Under the pieces are notes generated by a model. It ran no database searches and was not told where the DNA came from. It was given only the letters and a program-made list of their open reading frames with translations. A DNA stretch of 64,000 nt from Chitinimonas lacunae. GTDB lineage: Bacteria > Pseudomonadota > Gammaproteobacteria > Burkholderiales > Chitinimonadaceae. The position numbers and the translations under genes are program-made. Where the stretch lies: assembly GCF_042650885.1 (NCBI RefSeq), contig NZ_JBHSBU010000001.1:398679-462678 (forward strand), given 5' to 3'. Positions within the stretch are counted from its first letter, which is position 1. The number at the start of each line of letters is the position of its first letter. Below, in pieces: positions 1-10,673 of this stretch.

Positions 1-1061
1 GTTTCTACGGCGGTTGCGAATACGTCGACAAGGTCGAAGAACTGGCGCTGGCCCGGGTCAAGCAACTGTTCGGCGCCGAATACGCCAACGTGCAGCCGCA
101 TTCGGGTTCGCAAGCCAACCAGGCGGTGTATTTCTCGGTGCTCAAGCCTGGCGATACGGTGATGGGCATGAACCTCGCCCACGGCGGCCACCTGACCCAC
201 GGTTCGCCCGCCAACCTGTCGGGCAAGCTGTTCAAGATCGTGCCGTATGGCTTGAACGAGCAAGAGGAAATCGATTACGACCAGATGGCCGAAATCGCTC
301 GCGAAGCCAAGCCGAAAATGATCATCGGTGGTGCTTCGGCCTATGCGCTGCGTTTCGACTGGGAGCGGATGGCCGCCATCGCCCGCGAAGTCGGTGCCTA
401 CTTTATGGTCGATATGGCGCACTATGCCGGTCTGATCGCCGCCGGCGTCTACCCCAACCCGGTGCCGCACGCCGATTTCGTCACCTCCACCACCCACAAG
501 ACGTTGCGCGGTCCGCGCGGCGGCCTGATCCTGGCCCGCGCCGAGCATGAAAAGATGCTCAATTCCAATGTGTTCCCGACGCTGCAAGGCGGTCCGCTGA
601 TGCATGTGATCGCCGGCAAGGCCGTGGCCTTCAAGGAAGCGCTGACGCCCGAGTTCAAGTCCTACCAGCAGCAGGTGATCAAGAATGCCGCCGCCATGGC
701 CGAAGCGCTGGCCGCCCGTGGCGTGCGCATCGTGTCGGGCCGTACCGAGAGCCATGTGTTCCTGGTCGATCTGCGCCCCAAGGGTCTGACCGGCAAGGCG
801 GCCGATGCCGCGCTGGGTCTGGCACATATCACCGTCAACAAGAACGCCATTCCGAACGACCCGGAAAGCCCGTTCGTGACTTCTGGCATCCGGCTGGGCT
901 CGCCCGCCATCACCACCCGTGGCTTCAAGGAAGCCGAGGCGGTGGCCGTGGCCAATCTGGTGGCTGATGTGCTTGATAATCCCAACGACGAAGCCCATAT
1001 CGCCAGCGTGCGCGAGCGTGTGCATGCCCTGACCAGCCGTTTCCCGGTCTACGCGCGTTGA
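1..1061 (+). CDS. glyA: serine hydroxymethyltransferase, C-terminal ~350 aa (5' end outside window)
   Basis: Translation in frame from position 3 ([15 protein letters not shown]...[36 protein letters not shown]...) is canonical SHMT including the PLP-lysine region ([12 protein letters not shown]); stop TGA at 1059-1061. Confidence 0.95.
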   Translation, partial: FYGGCEYVDKVEELALARVKQLFGAEYANVQPHSGSQANQAVYFSVLKPGDTVMGMNLAHGGHLTHGSPANLSGKLFKIVPYGLNEQEEIDYDQMAEIAREAKPKMIIGGASAYALRFDWERMAAIAREVGAYFMVDMAHYAGLIAAGVYPNPVPHADFVTSTTHKTLRGPRGGLILARAEHEKMLNSNVFPTLQGGPLMHVIAGKAVAFKEALTPEFKSYQQQVIKNAAAMAEALAARGVRIVSGRTESHVFLVDLRPKGLTGKAADAALGLAHITVNKNAIPNDPESPFVTSGIRLGSPAITTRGFKEAEAVAVANLVADVLDNPNDEAHIASVRERVHALTSRFPVYAR

Positions 1062-1083
1062 CCTGTTGTCGTAATGGTGGGAA

Positions 1084-1110
1084 AAAGGGGCTCCGGCCCC
1101 TTTTTCTTCG
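1084..1110 (+). terminator. rho-independent terminator after glyA
   Basis: GGGGC-tccg-GCCCC hairpin followed by TTTTTCTTC. Confidence 0.6.
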
Positions 1111-1171
1111 TCCGTCCATCGGTAGTAGGAAAATATCTGGACAGTATAGTGCAAGGAGGAGAGCGACCAAT

Positions 1172-2254
1172 ATGCTATTAAGAAATATTTCTGCAATGCT
1201 GTTGCTGATGTGGCTGAGCGGCTGCGCCAGCCTCAGCTATCTGGGTCAGGCAGCGAGCGGTCAGGCCGAGGTGATGGAGCGGGCGCGGCCGATCGATGCG
1301 CTGCTGGCCGATCCGACCACCCCGGGCGAGCTGGCCGACAAGCTGCGTTTTGCCCGTGATGTCCGCCGCTTCGCCATCGACGAGCTGGGGCTGCCCGACA
1401 ACGAGAGCTATACCCGCTACGCCGATCTCGGCCGCCCTTATCCGGTCTGGAATATCGTCGCCACCCAGCCGCTCGACCTGACCCCGGTGCAAAGCTGCTT
1501 TCCGGTGGCCGGCTGTCTTGATTACCGCGGCTATTACCGCGAAGAAGAGGCCCGCCGTCATGCCGAGTCGCTGATCGCCAAGGGAATGGACGTGTTCTGG
1601 TACGGCGTGCCGGCCTATTCGACCCTGGGCTGGTTTGCCGACCCGCTGCTCAACAGCACCATCCGCTACGGCCGGGCCGATCTGGCCCGACTGATCTTTC
1701 ACGAACTCGCCCACCAGCAGGTCTACGTCAAGGACGACAGCGCCTTCAACGAAGCCTTCGCCACCGCCGTCGAACTCGAAGGCTTCGAGCGCTGGCTGCG
1801 CCGCCACGGCGATGAGGCCATCCGTAACGATTATCAACGCAACGAAGCGCGCCGCGCCGCTTTCCGCGATGCCATGAGCCGTACCCGCCAGCGGCTGCTC
1901 GATATCTATCAGGGGCCAGGCAGCGATGCCACCAAGCTGGCCGCCAAACAAAGCGCACTGGAAGCCCTGGCTGCCGAATACGCCCAGCTCAAGGCCCGCT
2001 ACAAATGGATGGGCTACGACGCCTGGTTCGACCCCTTACCCAACAACGCCCATTTCGCCTCGGTCGCTACCTACCATAGGCTGGTGCCCGCTTTCCGCGC
2101 CTTGTTTGCCGAGAAGGAAGGCAACTGGACCGCCTTCTATGAGGCAGTCCGGGCCTTGGCTGCACAGGATAAGGCCAGCCGCCATGCTGCCCTGGAAAGC
2201 CGATTGCCCTTGGGCACGCGCGAGGAGACGACTGCCGCTGAGGGGGCGCAGTGA
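1172..2254 (+). CDS. putative Zn-dependent aminopeptidase lipoprotein (COG4324-like; HExxH)
   Basis: ATG at 1172 preceded by AAGGAGGA RBS; N-terminal signal peptide with lipobox LSGC; HELAH zinc-metalloprotease motif (FHELAHQQ). The upstream part of the tracked ORF (from 1058) lacks an RBS and overlaps the glyA terminator. Confidence 0.6.
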   Translation: MLLRNISAMLLLMWLSGCASLSYLGQAASGQAEVMERARPIDALLADPTTPGELADKLRFARDVRRFAIDELGLPDNESYTRYADLGRPYPVWNIVATQPLDLTPVQSCFPVAGCLDYRGYYREEEARRHAESLIAKGMDVFWYGVPAYSTLGWFADPLLNSTIRYGRADLARLIFHELAHQQVYVKDDSAFNEAFATAVELEGFERWLRRHGDEAIRNDYQRNEARRAAFRDAMSRTRQRLLDIYQGPGSDATKLAAKQSALEALAAEYAQLKARYKWMGYDAWFDPLPNNAHFASVATYHRLVPAFRALFAEKEGNWTAFYEAVRALAAQDKASRHAALESRLPLGTREETTAAEGAQ

Positions 2255-2415
2255 AGAGCAATAGAAAATTTCAGGAAATATCTATTCAAATACCAGAGCG
2301 GTTGATAAGAATAAATGTCTGAAATATGTCCAGAGGCATTGCCTGCTGAGAGAGTTGCTTGGTTGCCGTCGGAGGCAGGGAGCGGGCGTAAACTGTTTTC
2401 AGTCGCTGTGCCGCT

Positions 2416-2446
2416 TGACCTTGACACGATGTCAAGCCTGACACTG
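2416..2446 (+). promoter_or_regulatory. MerR-type (CueR) operator/promoter of copA: -35 TTGACC followed by 17-bp perfect palindrome CTTGACA-CGA-TGTCAAG in a long spacer
   Basis: Dyad symmetry 2421-2437 located between -35-like TTGACC (2416-2421) and a weak -10 about 19 bp downstream. This is the geometry typical of MerR-family activators; the cognate CueR gene is in the same operon. Confidence 0.55.
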
Positions 2447-2477
2447 TCGCCATTCCTGAGGCTTTAGGAGGTGTGAG

Positions 2478-4877
2478 ATGACAAGCGCAGTGCTTCCCCA
2501 TACGTTGCAGGTTGCCGGGCTTGACGATGCCACGGGCGCGGCCCGGGTGGAACAGGCGCTGGCGGGGCTGGAGCGGGTGCGGGTACTCGGGGTCAATCCG
2601 GTCGATGGTTCGGTAACGCTGGAAAGCGATGCGCCGCTTGATCTGAGCGCCGTGCGCGCCGCGCTCGACCGTGCCGGCTATCGACTGGCCGAGACCGAGT
2701 TGATGCTCGGTATCGGCGGCATGAGCTGCGCCAGTTGTGCGGCGCGGCTGGAAAAGGTACTGCGCCGCACGCCGGGCGTGCTCGAAGCCGAAGTGACCTT
2801 TGCCAATGAAAAGGCGCGGCTGCGGCTGTCGCGGCCGGCTGATCGGACGGCGGCTGAAGAGGCCGTGTTCCGCGCCGGCTTCCAGGTGGTGGCCGAGGTC
2901 GACGAGTCCACCACGGAGGCCGAAGCCACGGTGGCTGCGGTCCCCCGAGACTGGATCGTCCCGGCGCTGGCCTTGCTGCTGGCGCTCCCGCTGACTGTGC
3001 CGATGTTCACCGAGCCGTTCGGCGTCCACTGGATGTGGCCGGCCTGGCTGCAATGGGCGCTGGCGACGCCGGTGCAATTCGTGTTCGGCGCCCGTTTCTA
3101 CCGTTCTGCCTGGACGGCGCTGCGTAACGGCAGCGGCAATATGGACCTGCTGGTGGCACTTGGCACCAGTGCGGCCTATGGCTTGAGCCTCTATCTATGG
3201 CTGGGTCGTGACGATCCGATGCCCCATCTGTATTTCGAGGCGGCCGCCGTGGTGATTGCCCTGGTGCTGCTGGGCAAATGGCTCGAAGCACGGGCGCGGC
3301 GCCGCACGGGCGACGCGCTGCGGGCGCTGCAATCGCTGCGGCCGGCCAGGGCGCGGATCTGGCGCCAGGGTGCTGAGGTGGAAGTGCCGCTGGCGGCGGT
3401 GCGGGTGGGCGATCTGGTGATTGTGCGGCCAGGCGAGCGGGTGCCCGTCGATGGCCGGATCGTCGAGGGGATGAGCCAGCTCGACGAGTCGCTGCTGACG
3501 GGTGAATCGCTGCCGGTGGCTCGCGGTGTGGGCGAGCGTGTCCCGGGCGGTGCCCTCAATGGAGACGGCCTGCTGCGGCTCGAAACCGTGGCGACCGGGA
3601 CGGAAACCGTACTGGGTCGCATCGTCCGCCTGGTCGAACACGCCCAGTCGGCCAAAGCGCCGATCCAGCGGCTGGTCGACCGGGTCAGCGCCGTTTTCGT
3701 GCCGGTGGTGCTGGCGGTGGCGGTACTGGCTTTCCTGGGCCGCTGGTGGTGGGGCGGTTCGGTCGAGTCGGCCTTGATCGATGCCGTGGCGGTGCTGGTG
3801 ATTGCCTGCCCCTGTGCGCTTGGTCTGGCTACCCCGACCGCCATCATGGTCGGCACGGGCGTCGGGGCGCGTCATGGCATCTTGATCAAGGATGCGGCCG
3901 CGCTGGAGTTGGCCCATCGGGTCCGGATCGTCGCGTTCGACAAGACCGGCACCCTGACCGTAGGCCGGCCCGAAGTGGTGGCACTGCGTCCGACTGCGGC
4001 CGGCGAGGGCCGGCTGCTTCAGTTGGCGGCAGCGTTGCAGACCGGCAGCGAGCATCCCTTGGCGCGGGCCGTGCTGGCCCGGGCCGAGGCGGAACAATCG
4101 GACATCCCCGCCGTGACGGCCGTGCGTGCGCTGCCTGGACGCGGTATCGAGGGCGAGGTGACGGGTGTGCCTTATCTCCTGGGCTCCAGCCGCCTGATGC
4201 AGGAACAAGGCATCGAGCTGGCAGAACTCGCCAGCGAGGCCGAAGCCCTGGCGGCCTCAGGCAACAGCGTGTCCTGGCTTGCGACCCGCAGCGGTCAATT
4301 GCTCGGTCTGATCGGTTTTGGCGACCGTCCCAAACCGGGCGCCCGGGAGGCCGTGGCGGTACTGAAGCGGTTGGGCATCCGGACCGTGATGATCACTGGT
4401 GACAATCGGGGCAGCGCTGAAGCGGTAGGGCGGCAGCTTGGGCTCGATGAGGTGGTGGCCGAAGTGCTGCCGGCCGACAAGGCGGCCAAGGTGACGGCGC
4501 TGAAGGCTGACGGCGCCGTGGTGGCCATGGTGGGCGATGGCGTCAACGACGCGCCGGCGCTGGCGGCGGCCGATGTGGGCATCGCGATGGCCGAAGGCAG
4601 CGACCTGGCGCTCCATGCAGCCGGTATCGCCCTGCTGCGGGGCGATCCGACCCTGGTGGCGGCAGCGCTCGATCTGTCGCGGCGATGTTACGGCAAGATC
4701 CGGCAGAATCTGTTCTGGGCGCTGATCTATAACGTGATCGGTATCCCGCTGGCTGCGCTGGGCTATCTCAATCCGATGCTGGCCGGTGCTGCGATGGCAT
4801 TGAGCAGTGTCAGTGTGGTCGGCAATGCATTGCGGCTGCGCCGCTGGCGTGCCCCGACGGCCGGGAGCGAATCATGA
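2478..4877 (+). CDS. copA: copper-translocating P1B-type ATPase
   Basis: HMA domain with [13 protein letters not shown] (CxxC), a preceding degenerate HMA-like domain without CxxC, CPC transmembrane metal-binding motif, DKTGTLT phosphorylation site, GDGVNDAP hinge. Confidence 0.93.
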   Translation: MTSAVLPHTLQVAGLDDATGAARVEQALAGLERVRVLGVNPVDGSVTLESDAPLDLSAVRAALDRAGYRLAETELMLGIGGMSCASCAARLEKVLRRTPGVLEAEVTFANEKARLRLSRPADRTAAEEAVFRAGFQVVAEVDESTTEAEATVAAVPRDWIVPALALLLALPLTVPMFTEPFGVHWMWPAWLQWALATPVQFVFGARFYRSAWTALRNGSGNMDLLVALGTSAAYGLSLYLWLGRDDPMPHLYFEAAAVVIALVLLGKWLEARARRRTGDALRALQSLRPARARIWRQGAEVEVPLAAVRVGDLVIVRPGERVPVDGRIVEGMSQLDESLLTGESLPVARGVGERVPGGALNGDGLLRLETVATGTETVLGRIVRLVEHAQSAKAPIQRLVDRVSAVFVPVVLAVAVLAFLGRWWWGGSVESALIDAVAVLVIACPCALGLATPTAIMVGTGVGARHGILIKDAAALELAHRVRIVAFDKTGTLTVGRPEVVALRPTAAGEGRLLQLAAALQTGSEHPLARAVLARAEAEQSDIPAVTAVRALPGRGIEGEVTGVPYLLGSSRLMQEQGIELAELASEAEALAASGNSVSWLATRSGQLLGLIGFGDRPKPGAREAVAVLKRLGIRTVMITGDNRGSAEAVGRQLGLDEVVAEVLPADKAAKVTALKADGAVVAMVGDGVNDAPALAAADVGIAMAEGSDLALHAAGIALLRGDPTLVAAALDLSRRCYGKIRQNLFWALIYNVIGIPLAALGYLNPMLAGAAMALSSVSVVGNALRLRRWRAPTAGSES

Positions 4878-5287
4878 ATATCGGTAAGGTGGCGCAATGC
4901 AGCGGCGTCTCGGCGCGGATGATACGCCACTACGAGGAACTGGGCCTGTTGCCCGCTGCGCGCCGCAGCGAGGCGGGCTACCGGCTCTACGATGAACGCG
5001 ATCTGCACTGGCTGCGCTTTATCCGTCGCGCCCGCGACCTGGGTTTCCCGCTCGGTCAGGTGCGCCAGCTGCTGTCGCTGTGGCAGGACCGCGAGCGCAG
5101 CAGCGCTGAGGTCAAGCGGCTGGCCGAGTCGCAGCTCGAAGCACTCGATGCCCGTATCGCTGAACTCCAGGCCATGCGCCGTACCCTGGCGGTGCTGGTC
5201 CATGGCTGCGGCGGCGACGAGCGGCCTGACTGTCCGATTATCGAGGGATTGGCTGAGCCGGGTCTGGTCGAGCCTGATCCCGACTGA
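4874..5287 (+). CDS. cueR: MerR-family Cu(I)-responsive transcriptional regulator
   Basis: N-terminal MerR HTH ([26 protein letters not shown]), C-terminal CGGDERPDC two-Cys metal loop; start overlaps copA stop (ATGA). Confidence 0.85.
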   Translation: MNIGKVAQCSGVSARMIRHYEELGLLPAARRSEAGYRLYDERDLHWLRFIRRARDLGFPLGQVRQLLSLWQDRERSSAEVKRLAESQLEALDARIAELQAMRRTLAVLVHGCGGDERPDCPIIEGLAEPGLVEPDPD

Positions 5288-5423
5288 TAAGCCGAGGCAG
5301 TCGTTCTGTCCCTGCTCCGGATTATTACCCAATCATTAATTATTAAAATAATCGGCAAATCTGGCGCAAGACTCTGCTTGTGCTATAAGAAAAAATAATA
5401 TTTTCTGATCGAAGGAGGAATAT

Positions 5424-5900
5424 ATGTACGCCAAAACGGCATTGCCGCAATCGCTTGAAGCCAAAGAAGCCATTGATGAGCTGGTCGCCAAATTCTTTGC
5501 CGCCTTTGCAGCTGACCAGAATGGCCGGGTCGATCTCGCTGCGCTTTATCCCTTGTTTATTAACGGGGCATCGATCATCAAGGGATGCGGCGAATCGGCC
5601 ACGGTATACGATCTGCAAGGTTTTATCGCCCCACGGCAGGCGCTGTTGAATGGTCCTGATCTGTTCGATTTCAATGAACACGAAGTGTTCGAGAGGACTG
5701 AAATATTCGGCAATATCGCCCAGCGTTTCAGCCTTTACCATAAATCGGGAATTGCCCACGGTGAGCGATTCGAAGGGCAGGGAATCAAGGCAATGCAATT
5801 CAGCAAAACTGCCGAAGGCTGGAAAATCGTCTCATTGATATGGAATGACGAAAGCGAGGCACTGCCGATTTCCTCCGTTTATCGTCATGGTTCCTGGTAG
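5424..5900 (+). CDS. hypothetical protein (possibly NTF2/SnoaL-like fold); visibly lower GC than surroundings
   Basis: ORF with GGAGG RBS (gaaggaggaatatATG); AT-rich upstream region; followed by terminator. Confidence 0.5.
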   Translation: MYAKTALPQSLEAKEAIDELVAKFFAAFAADQNGRVDLAALYPLFINGASIIKGCGESATVYDLQGFIAPRQALLNGPDLFDFNEHEVFERTEIFGNIAQRFSLYHKSGIAHGERFEGQGIKAMQFSKTAEGWKIVSLIWNDESEALPISSVYRHGSW

Positions 5901-5920
5901 AACTGTCATCGGGGAGAAAA

Positions 5921-5953
5921 GCCGCTATGGTTGAGTTCATGGCGGCTTTTTTT
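5921..5953 (+). terminator. rho-independent terminator
   Basis: GCCGCTATG...CATGGCGGC stem (one mismatch) followed by TTTTTTT. Confidence 0.5.
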
Positions 5954-6030
5954 AATCGGGAAAAATCGGCCTATGCCCTCTTGTCGAGTAGAATGACCGC
6001 GATCTTGATACAGCACGGCGGAGTTCCCCG

Positions 6031-6492
6031 ATGAAATGTCCGTTTTGCGGCTCTTCCGATACCCAGGTGGTCGATACCCGTCTGTCCGAGGACGGCGACA
6101 GTGTGCGGCGGCGGCGCCGTTGCAGCGGCTGCGACAAACGTTTCACCACCTATGAAACAGCCGAGGTGAGGCTGCCGCAGGTGGTCAAGACCAACGGCGA
6201 CCGCGCCGAATTCGACCGCGAAAAGATCCGTACCAGCTTTCTGCGTGCTTTGCACAAGCGGCCCGTGCCGACGGCGCTGGTGGACGAGGCCATCGTCCGT
6301 ATCCTGCAAAAGGTGCTCAGTCTTGGTGAGCGCGAGATCGATTCGCGCCGGATCGGCGAGATGGTGATGACCGAACTCGCCCGGCTAGACAAAGTGGCCT
6401 ATATCCGCTTTGCTTCGGTCTACCGCAGCTTTCAGGACGTGGAAGATTTCACCGACGCCATCCGCGAAGTCAGCCGCGACAAGCCTGGCTGA
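6031..6492 (+). CDS. nrdR: transcriptional repressor NrdR
   Basis: [17 protein letters not shown]...[12 protein letters not shown] zinc ribbon plus ATP-cone; canonical NrdR. Confidence 0.93.
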   Translation: MKCPFCGSSDTQVVDTRLSEDGDSVRRRRRCSGCDKRFTTYETAEVRLPQVVKTNGDRAEFDREKIRTSFLRALHKRPVPTALVDEAIVRILQKVLSLGEREIDSRRIGEMVMTELARLDKVAYIRFASVYRSFQDVEDFTDAIREVSRDKPG

Positions 6493-6556
6493 GCCGGCGC
6501 CGAACCATTCCCTGTTCCGCTGACTCTCAAGATTCCTTGTTCCTCTAGGCGACTAT

Positions 6557-7600
6557 ATGAAGATCGGCCGGCAAGACCTCGACGCCGCCGCCCAGGCTGC
6601 CGTCATCTCCCCGGAACAGGCCCAGGCCCTGTGGCAGTTCCTCGGTGAGCACCACGCCAATACGCCGCAGTTCCGCTTTGCCCATGTCCTCTACTACCTG
6701 GGCGGCATGATCGCCATTGCCGCCATGAGCCTGTTCATGACGGTAGGCTGGGATACCTGGGGGCCGCTGAGCCTGGTGGTGTTCTCGGTCTGTTATGGCT
6801 TTGTCGCCTGGCGGCTCGGGGTGTGGCTGCTCGAGCGCAAGCGGCTGCCCATCCCGGCCGGCATCATGCTGGTGCTGGCCATCGTACTGGTGCCGCTGGC
6901 CATCTACGGCATACAGGCATGGCTGGATTACTGGCCTGAAAGCGATACCTTCGATAACTACCACCGTTATATCGATTACCGCTGGGTCGTGATGGAGGTT
7001 GGAACGCTGCTGGTGGCCAGCGTGATGCTGTGGCGCTATAAGCTGCCGTTCATGGTGATGCCGGTGGCCGTGACCTTGTGGTATCTGGGCATGGATCTGT
7101 CCGACGGCATGGTGGTCGATGGCGTGCTGGATAAATGGACCGTGCGGCAGTGGTTCTCGCTCTGGTACGGCCTGGCGATGCTTGTCCTGGCCGTCTATGT
7201 CGATCTGCGCAGTGCGGCGCGACGGGCCGATTACGCTTTCTGGCTCTATCTGTTTGGTCTGATGACCTTCTGGGGCGGGCTGACCTCGATGGAATCGGAC
7301 AGCGAGCTTGGCAAATTCCTCTACGCCATGCTCAATTTCGGTCTGATCATGATCGGCGCCGTGCTGAGCCGGCGCGCCTTTGCCGTATTCGGGGCGTTCG
7401 GGGTGGCGCTCTATCTGGGCCATCTAGCCTATACGCTATTCAAGGACAGTCTGCTGTTTGCCTTCTGCCTCAGTCTGATCGGCCTTGGCGTCGTGTTCGC
7501 GGGCATGTGGTGGAACAAACATGGCAGCGCCCTCGGGGCGCGCTGGCGACAACAGCTGTCGCCACAACTGGCCCAATTGATCGAGAAGCGTGGTGCTTAA
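6557..7600 (+). CDS. polytopic membrane protein (DUF2157-like)
   Basis: Multiple hydrophobic helices; N-terminus ...ISPEQAQALWQFL typical of DUF2157 proteins; sits between nrdR and ribD, which are usually adjacent. Confidence 0.55.
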   Translation: MKIGRQDLDAAAQAAVISPEQAQALWQFLGEHHANTPQFRFAHVLYYLGGMIAIAAMSLFMTVGWDTWGPLSLVVFSVCYGFVAWRLGVWLLERKRLPIPAGIMLVLAIVLVPLAIYGIQAWLDYWPESDTFDNYHRYIDYRWVVMEVGTLLVASVMLWRYKLPFMVMPVAVTLWYLGMDLSDGMVVDGVLDKWTVRQWFSLWYGLAMLVLAVYVDLRSAARRADYAFWLYLFGLMTFWGGLTSMESDSELGKFLYAMLNFGLIMIGAVLSRRAFAVFGAFGVALYLGHLAYTLFKDSLLFAFCLSLIGLGVVFAGMWWNKHGSALGARWRQQLSPQLAQLIEKRGA

Positions 7601-7630
7601 AATGTAGCGTCTGCTTCCACGCGCTTTCCC

Positions 7631-7663
7631 CGGGCCGCCTCAAGGGCGGCCCGACTTGTTTGT
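7631..7663 (+). terminator. rho-independent terminator
   Basis: GGGCCGCC-tcaag-GGCGGCCC perfect 8-bp stem followed by GACTTGTTTGTC. Confidence 0.55.
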
Positions 7664-7673
7664 CAGGAAATTT

Positions 7674-8804
7674 ATGGATTTTTCCGCCCAGGACCATCTG
7701 TTCATGGCCCAGGCCCTGCGTAAAGCCCAGGGTGGCCGTTATCTCTCTACCCCCAACCCCTTTGTCGGCTGTGTGCTGGTCCGCGATGGCGTGCTGATCG
7801 GCGAAGGTCACACCCAGGTCGCCGGCGGCGACCATGCCGAAATCCAGGCGCTGCACGACTGCCGCCGCCGTGGCAACGATCCGCGCGGCGCCACCGCCTA
7901 TGTCACGCTCGAACCTTGCGCCCACTACGGACGCACTCCGCCTTGTGCGCTGCGGCTGGTGGAGGCGGGGGTGGTGCGGGTGGTGGCGGCGATCAGCGAT
8001 CCGTTTCCCGAGGTGGCCGGACGCGGGCTGGCCCTGCTGCGCGAAGCAGGCATCACGGCCGAAGTCGGTCTGATGGCCGGCGAGGCGCGGGCTTTGCACC
8101 ATGGCTTTCTGAGCCGGGTCGAGCGTGGCCGGCCCTGGGTCGTCGCCAAGATCGGCGCCAGCCTCGATGGACGGACGGCGCTTGCAAGTGGCGAGTCGAA
8201 ATGGATCACCGGCGAAGCGGCCCGCGCCGATGTGCAGCATCTGCGCGCCCGTGCCTGCGCCATTATCACGGGCGTCCAGACGGTGCTGGCCGACGACCCG
8301 CTGCTCACCGTGCGCCGGCTCGACGGCGAGCCCTGGACGCTGGTGCGGCAGCCGCTGCGGGTGGTGCTCGATAGCCGTCTGCGCACGCCTCCCACTGTCC
8401 AGATGCTCAAGGCGCCCGGCAAGACCCTGTTTGTCTGGAGCGGCGAGAACACCGACGAGCTGAACGCCCGTCAGGCCGCGCTGGAAGCCGAGGGCGCCGA
8501 AACATTGTGGCTGGGCGGGGCCGACGGTCGGGTCGATCTGCCGGGTTTATTGAACAAATTGGCTGAGCGCGGCATCAATACCGCCCTGGTCGAGGCAGGC
8601 GGGCGGCTCAACGGGGCTTTTCTGATGGCCGGCCTGGTGGACGAGCTGGTGCTGTACCAGGCGCCGGTGCTGCTGGGTGGCTCGGCACGCTCGCTGGCGG
8701 AATTCCACCTTGAGCGACTGGCTGATCGGCCGCATGCGCTGGAGACCGAACGGGTGGCCGTGGGTGAGGATTTGCGCTGGACGCTGCGTTATACGCCTTA
8801 TTGA
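7674..8804 (+). CDS. ribD: bifunctional diaminohydroxyphosphoribosylaminopyrimidine deaminase / 5-amino-6-(5-phosphoribosylamino)uracil reductase
   Basis: CMP/dCMP deaminase zinc motifs HAEIQAL and PCAHYGRTPPC, followed by reductase domain; start could alternatively be the ATG at 7656. Confidence 0.9.
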   Translation: MDFSAQDHLFMAQALRKAQGGRYLSTPNPFVGCVLVRDGVLIGEGHTQVAGGDHAEIQALHDCRRRGNDPRGATAYVTLEPCAHYGRTPPCALRLVEAGVVRVVAAISDPFPEVAGRGLALLREAGITAEVGLMAGEARALHHGFLSRVERGRPWVVAKIGASLDGRTALASGESKWITGEAARADVQHLRARACAIITGVQTVLADDPLLTVRRLDGEPWTLVRQPLRVVLDSRLRTPPTVQMLKAPGKTLFVWSGENTDELNARQAALEAEGAETLWLGGADGRVDLPGLLNKLAERGINTALVEAGGRLNGAFLMAGLVDELVLYQAPVLLGGSARSLAEFHLERLADRPHALETERVAVGEDLRWTLRYTPY

Positions 8805-9137
8805 GAGTCAGTGGGACAGGCTGCCGGATTGGCTTTCAGGAGGGCGTCCGCTTGGCTGGGGCGGAGACTGAAGCCCGTAAGTCGCCATGGTGTCCACCTT
8901 CCTGTTCCGTGTGAGTGGCCACCAGGGCGCAGGAAACGGCTTGATGGGTGAGGTGAGGTGCGATTGGGTGGGCTTGGACGCCAGGGTTAAGAAGAACGGC
9001 CAGGCGTGGCGGGAGAGCGGGGCTGAGATGGAAATGTTTATTTTTATGGAAATTCCGCTCTGATACTTGCGGATAAATTGCAGGATATTTTCTATCTGCG
9101 TCTCCAACCGCCATCCACCTTATTCCCAGCCAATAAA

Positions 9138-9168
9138 GACGGGAGGTCGGCAGACCTCCCGTTTTCTA
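9138..9168. terminator. bidirectional rho-independent terminator between convergent ribD and prpD
   Basis: GACGGGAGGTC-ggca-GACCTCCCGT hairpin with T-runs on both strands (TTTTCT on plus; TCTTTATT on minus). Confidence 0.6.
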
Positions 9169-9197
9169 TCCTGCAGCGCTCAGGCTGGCATGCCCGA

Positions 9198-10640
9198 TCA
9201 GATCACCATCAGATCGACGAACTCGTTGACCGGGGTGGCTTCGAGCTTGGCCTGATCGGCGCACAGCGCCAGGATGGCATCGACCTGTTTCTGCGGGAAG
9301 CGGCGATGCAGATTGCGCTTGAACTTGGCCTCGAGCACCGGGATGCCTTCGGCGCGGCGGCGGCGATGGCCGATCGGGTATTCGACTTCCACTTCGTCGG
9401 TACGGCTGCCGTCCTTGAAGAACACCTGCATGCGGTTGGCGATCGAGCGCTTTTCCGGGTCGAGGTAGTCCTTGGAGTAGCGCGGGTCTTCCACGCACAC
9501 CATCTTTTCGCGCAGGGCGTCGATGCGCGGGTCGTGGGCGACCTCGTCCTCGTAGTCGCTGGCTTCGAGCTTGCCGAAGATCAGACCGATGGCGGCCATA
9601 TATTGCAGGCAATGGTCGCGGTCGGCCGGGTTGTTCAGCGGGCCTTGCTTGTCGATGATGCGGATGGCCGATTCATGGGTGGTGATCACCACCTTCTCGA
9701 TCTCGTCGAGGCGGCTGGCGATCTGCGGATGCAGGGCCAGTGCGCATTCGACGGCGGTCTGGGCGTGGAATTCGGCCGGGAAGGAAATCTTGAACAGCAC
9801 ATGTTCCATCACATAGCTGCCGTAGGGGCGCTGGAAGGAGAATTCCTTGCCCTTGAACAGCACATCGTAGAAGCCCCAGGTCTTGGCGGTCAGCACCGAG
9901 GGATAGCCCATCTCGCCCTTGAGCGAGATCAGCGCCAGGCGCACGGCGCGGCTGGTGGCGTCGCCGGCGGCCCAGCTCTTGCGCGAACCGGTGTTCGGGG
10001 CGTGACGGTAGGTGCGCAGCGCCTGGCCGTCGAGCCAGGCGTGGCTGACGGCGTTGATGATTTCCTCGCGGCTGCCGCCCAGCAGCTTGGTGACGACGGC
10101 AGTGGACGCCACCTTGACCAGCACGACGTGGTCGAGGCCGACGCGGTTGAACGAGTTTTCCAGCGCCAGCACGCCCTGGATTTCATGGGCCTGGATCATG
10201 GCGGTCAGCACATCGCGCATGGTCAGCGGTGCCTTGCCCTGGGCGACGCGGGTACGCGACAGCCAGTCGGCCGCCATCAGGATGCCGCCCAGGTTGTCGG
10301 ACGGATGACCCCACTCGGCGGCGAGCCAGGTGTCGTTGAAGTCGAGCCAGCGGATCATAGCGCCCAGGTTGAAGGCGGCCTGGATCGGGTCGAGCTGGAA
10401 TTGGGTACCCGGCACCCGGGCGCCGTGGGGAACGATGGTGCCCGGGACGACCGGGCCGAGGAATTTGGTGCAGGCGGGGTATTCGAGCGCTTCGAAACCG
10501 CAGCCCAGCGTGTCCATCAGACACAGGCGGGCGGTGTTGTAGGCTTCGGTCGAACCGATCTGGCTGTTGCAGACATAGTCGGCAATATCGACCAGAACCT
10601 GGTCGGGAGCGGGACGGACATTCGAGATATGGGCGGACAT
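9198..10640 (-). CDS. prpD: 2-methylcitrate dehydratase
   Basis: Full-length MmgE/PrpD family protein of about 480 aa; last gene of prp cluster. Confidence 0.92.
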   Translation of the reverse strand: MSAHISNVRPAPDQVLVDIADYVCNSQIGSTEAYNTARLCLMDTLGCGFEALEYPACTKFLGPVVPGTIVPHGARVPGTQFQLDPIQAAFNLGAMIRWLDFNDTWLAAEWGHPSDNLGGILMAADWLSRTRVAQGKAPLTMRDVLTAMIQAHEIQGVLALENSFNRVGLDHVVLVKVASTAVVTKLLGGSREEIINAVSHAWLDGQALRTYRHAPNTGSRKSWAAGDATSRAVRLALISLKGEMGYPSVLTAKTWGFYDVLFKGKEFSFQRPYGSYVMEHVLFKISFPAEFHAQTAVECALALHPQIASRLDEIEKVVITTHESAIRIIDKQGPLNNPADRDHCLQYMAAIGLIFGKLEASDYEDEVAHDPRIDALREKMVCVEDPRYSKDYLDPEKRSIANRMQVFFKDGSRTDEVEVEYPIGHRRRRAEGIPVLEAKFKRNLHRRFPQKQVDAILALCADQAKLEATPVNEFVDLMVI

Positions 10641-10673
10641 AAGGCTTCCTTTGGTCTGACCGTCAGACGGTCG

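Noticed and set aside
2286-4208. Long minus-strand ORFs (263 aa, 337 aa, 221 aa) antisense to copA
   Set aside because: Arg/Pro/Gly-rich translations typical of antisense frames in high-GC DNA; the sense strand encodes an unmistakable P-type ATPase
7601-7673. FMN riboswitch upstream of ribD
   Set aside because: Leader is only about 70 nt and is occupied by a terminator hairpin; no RFN-like conserved helices recognisable
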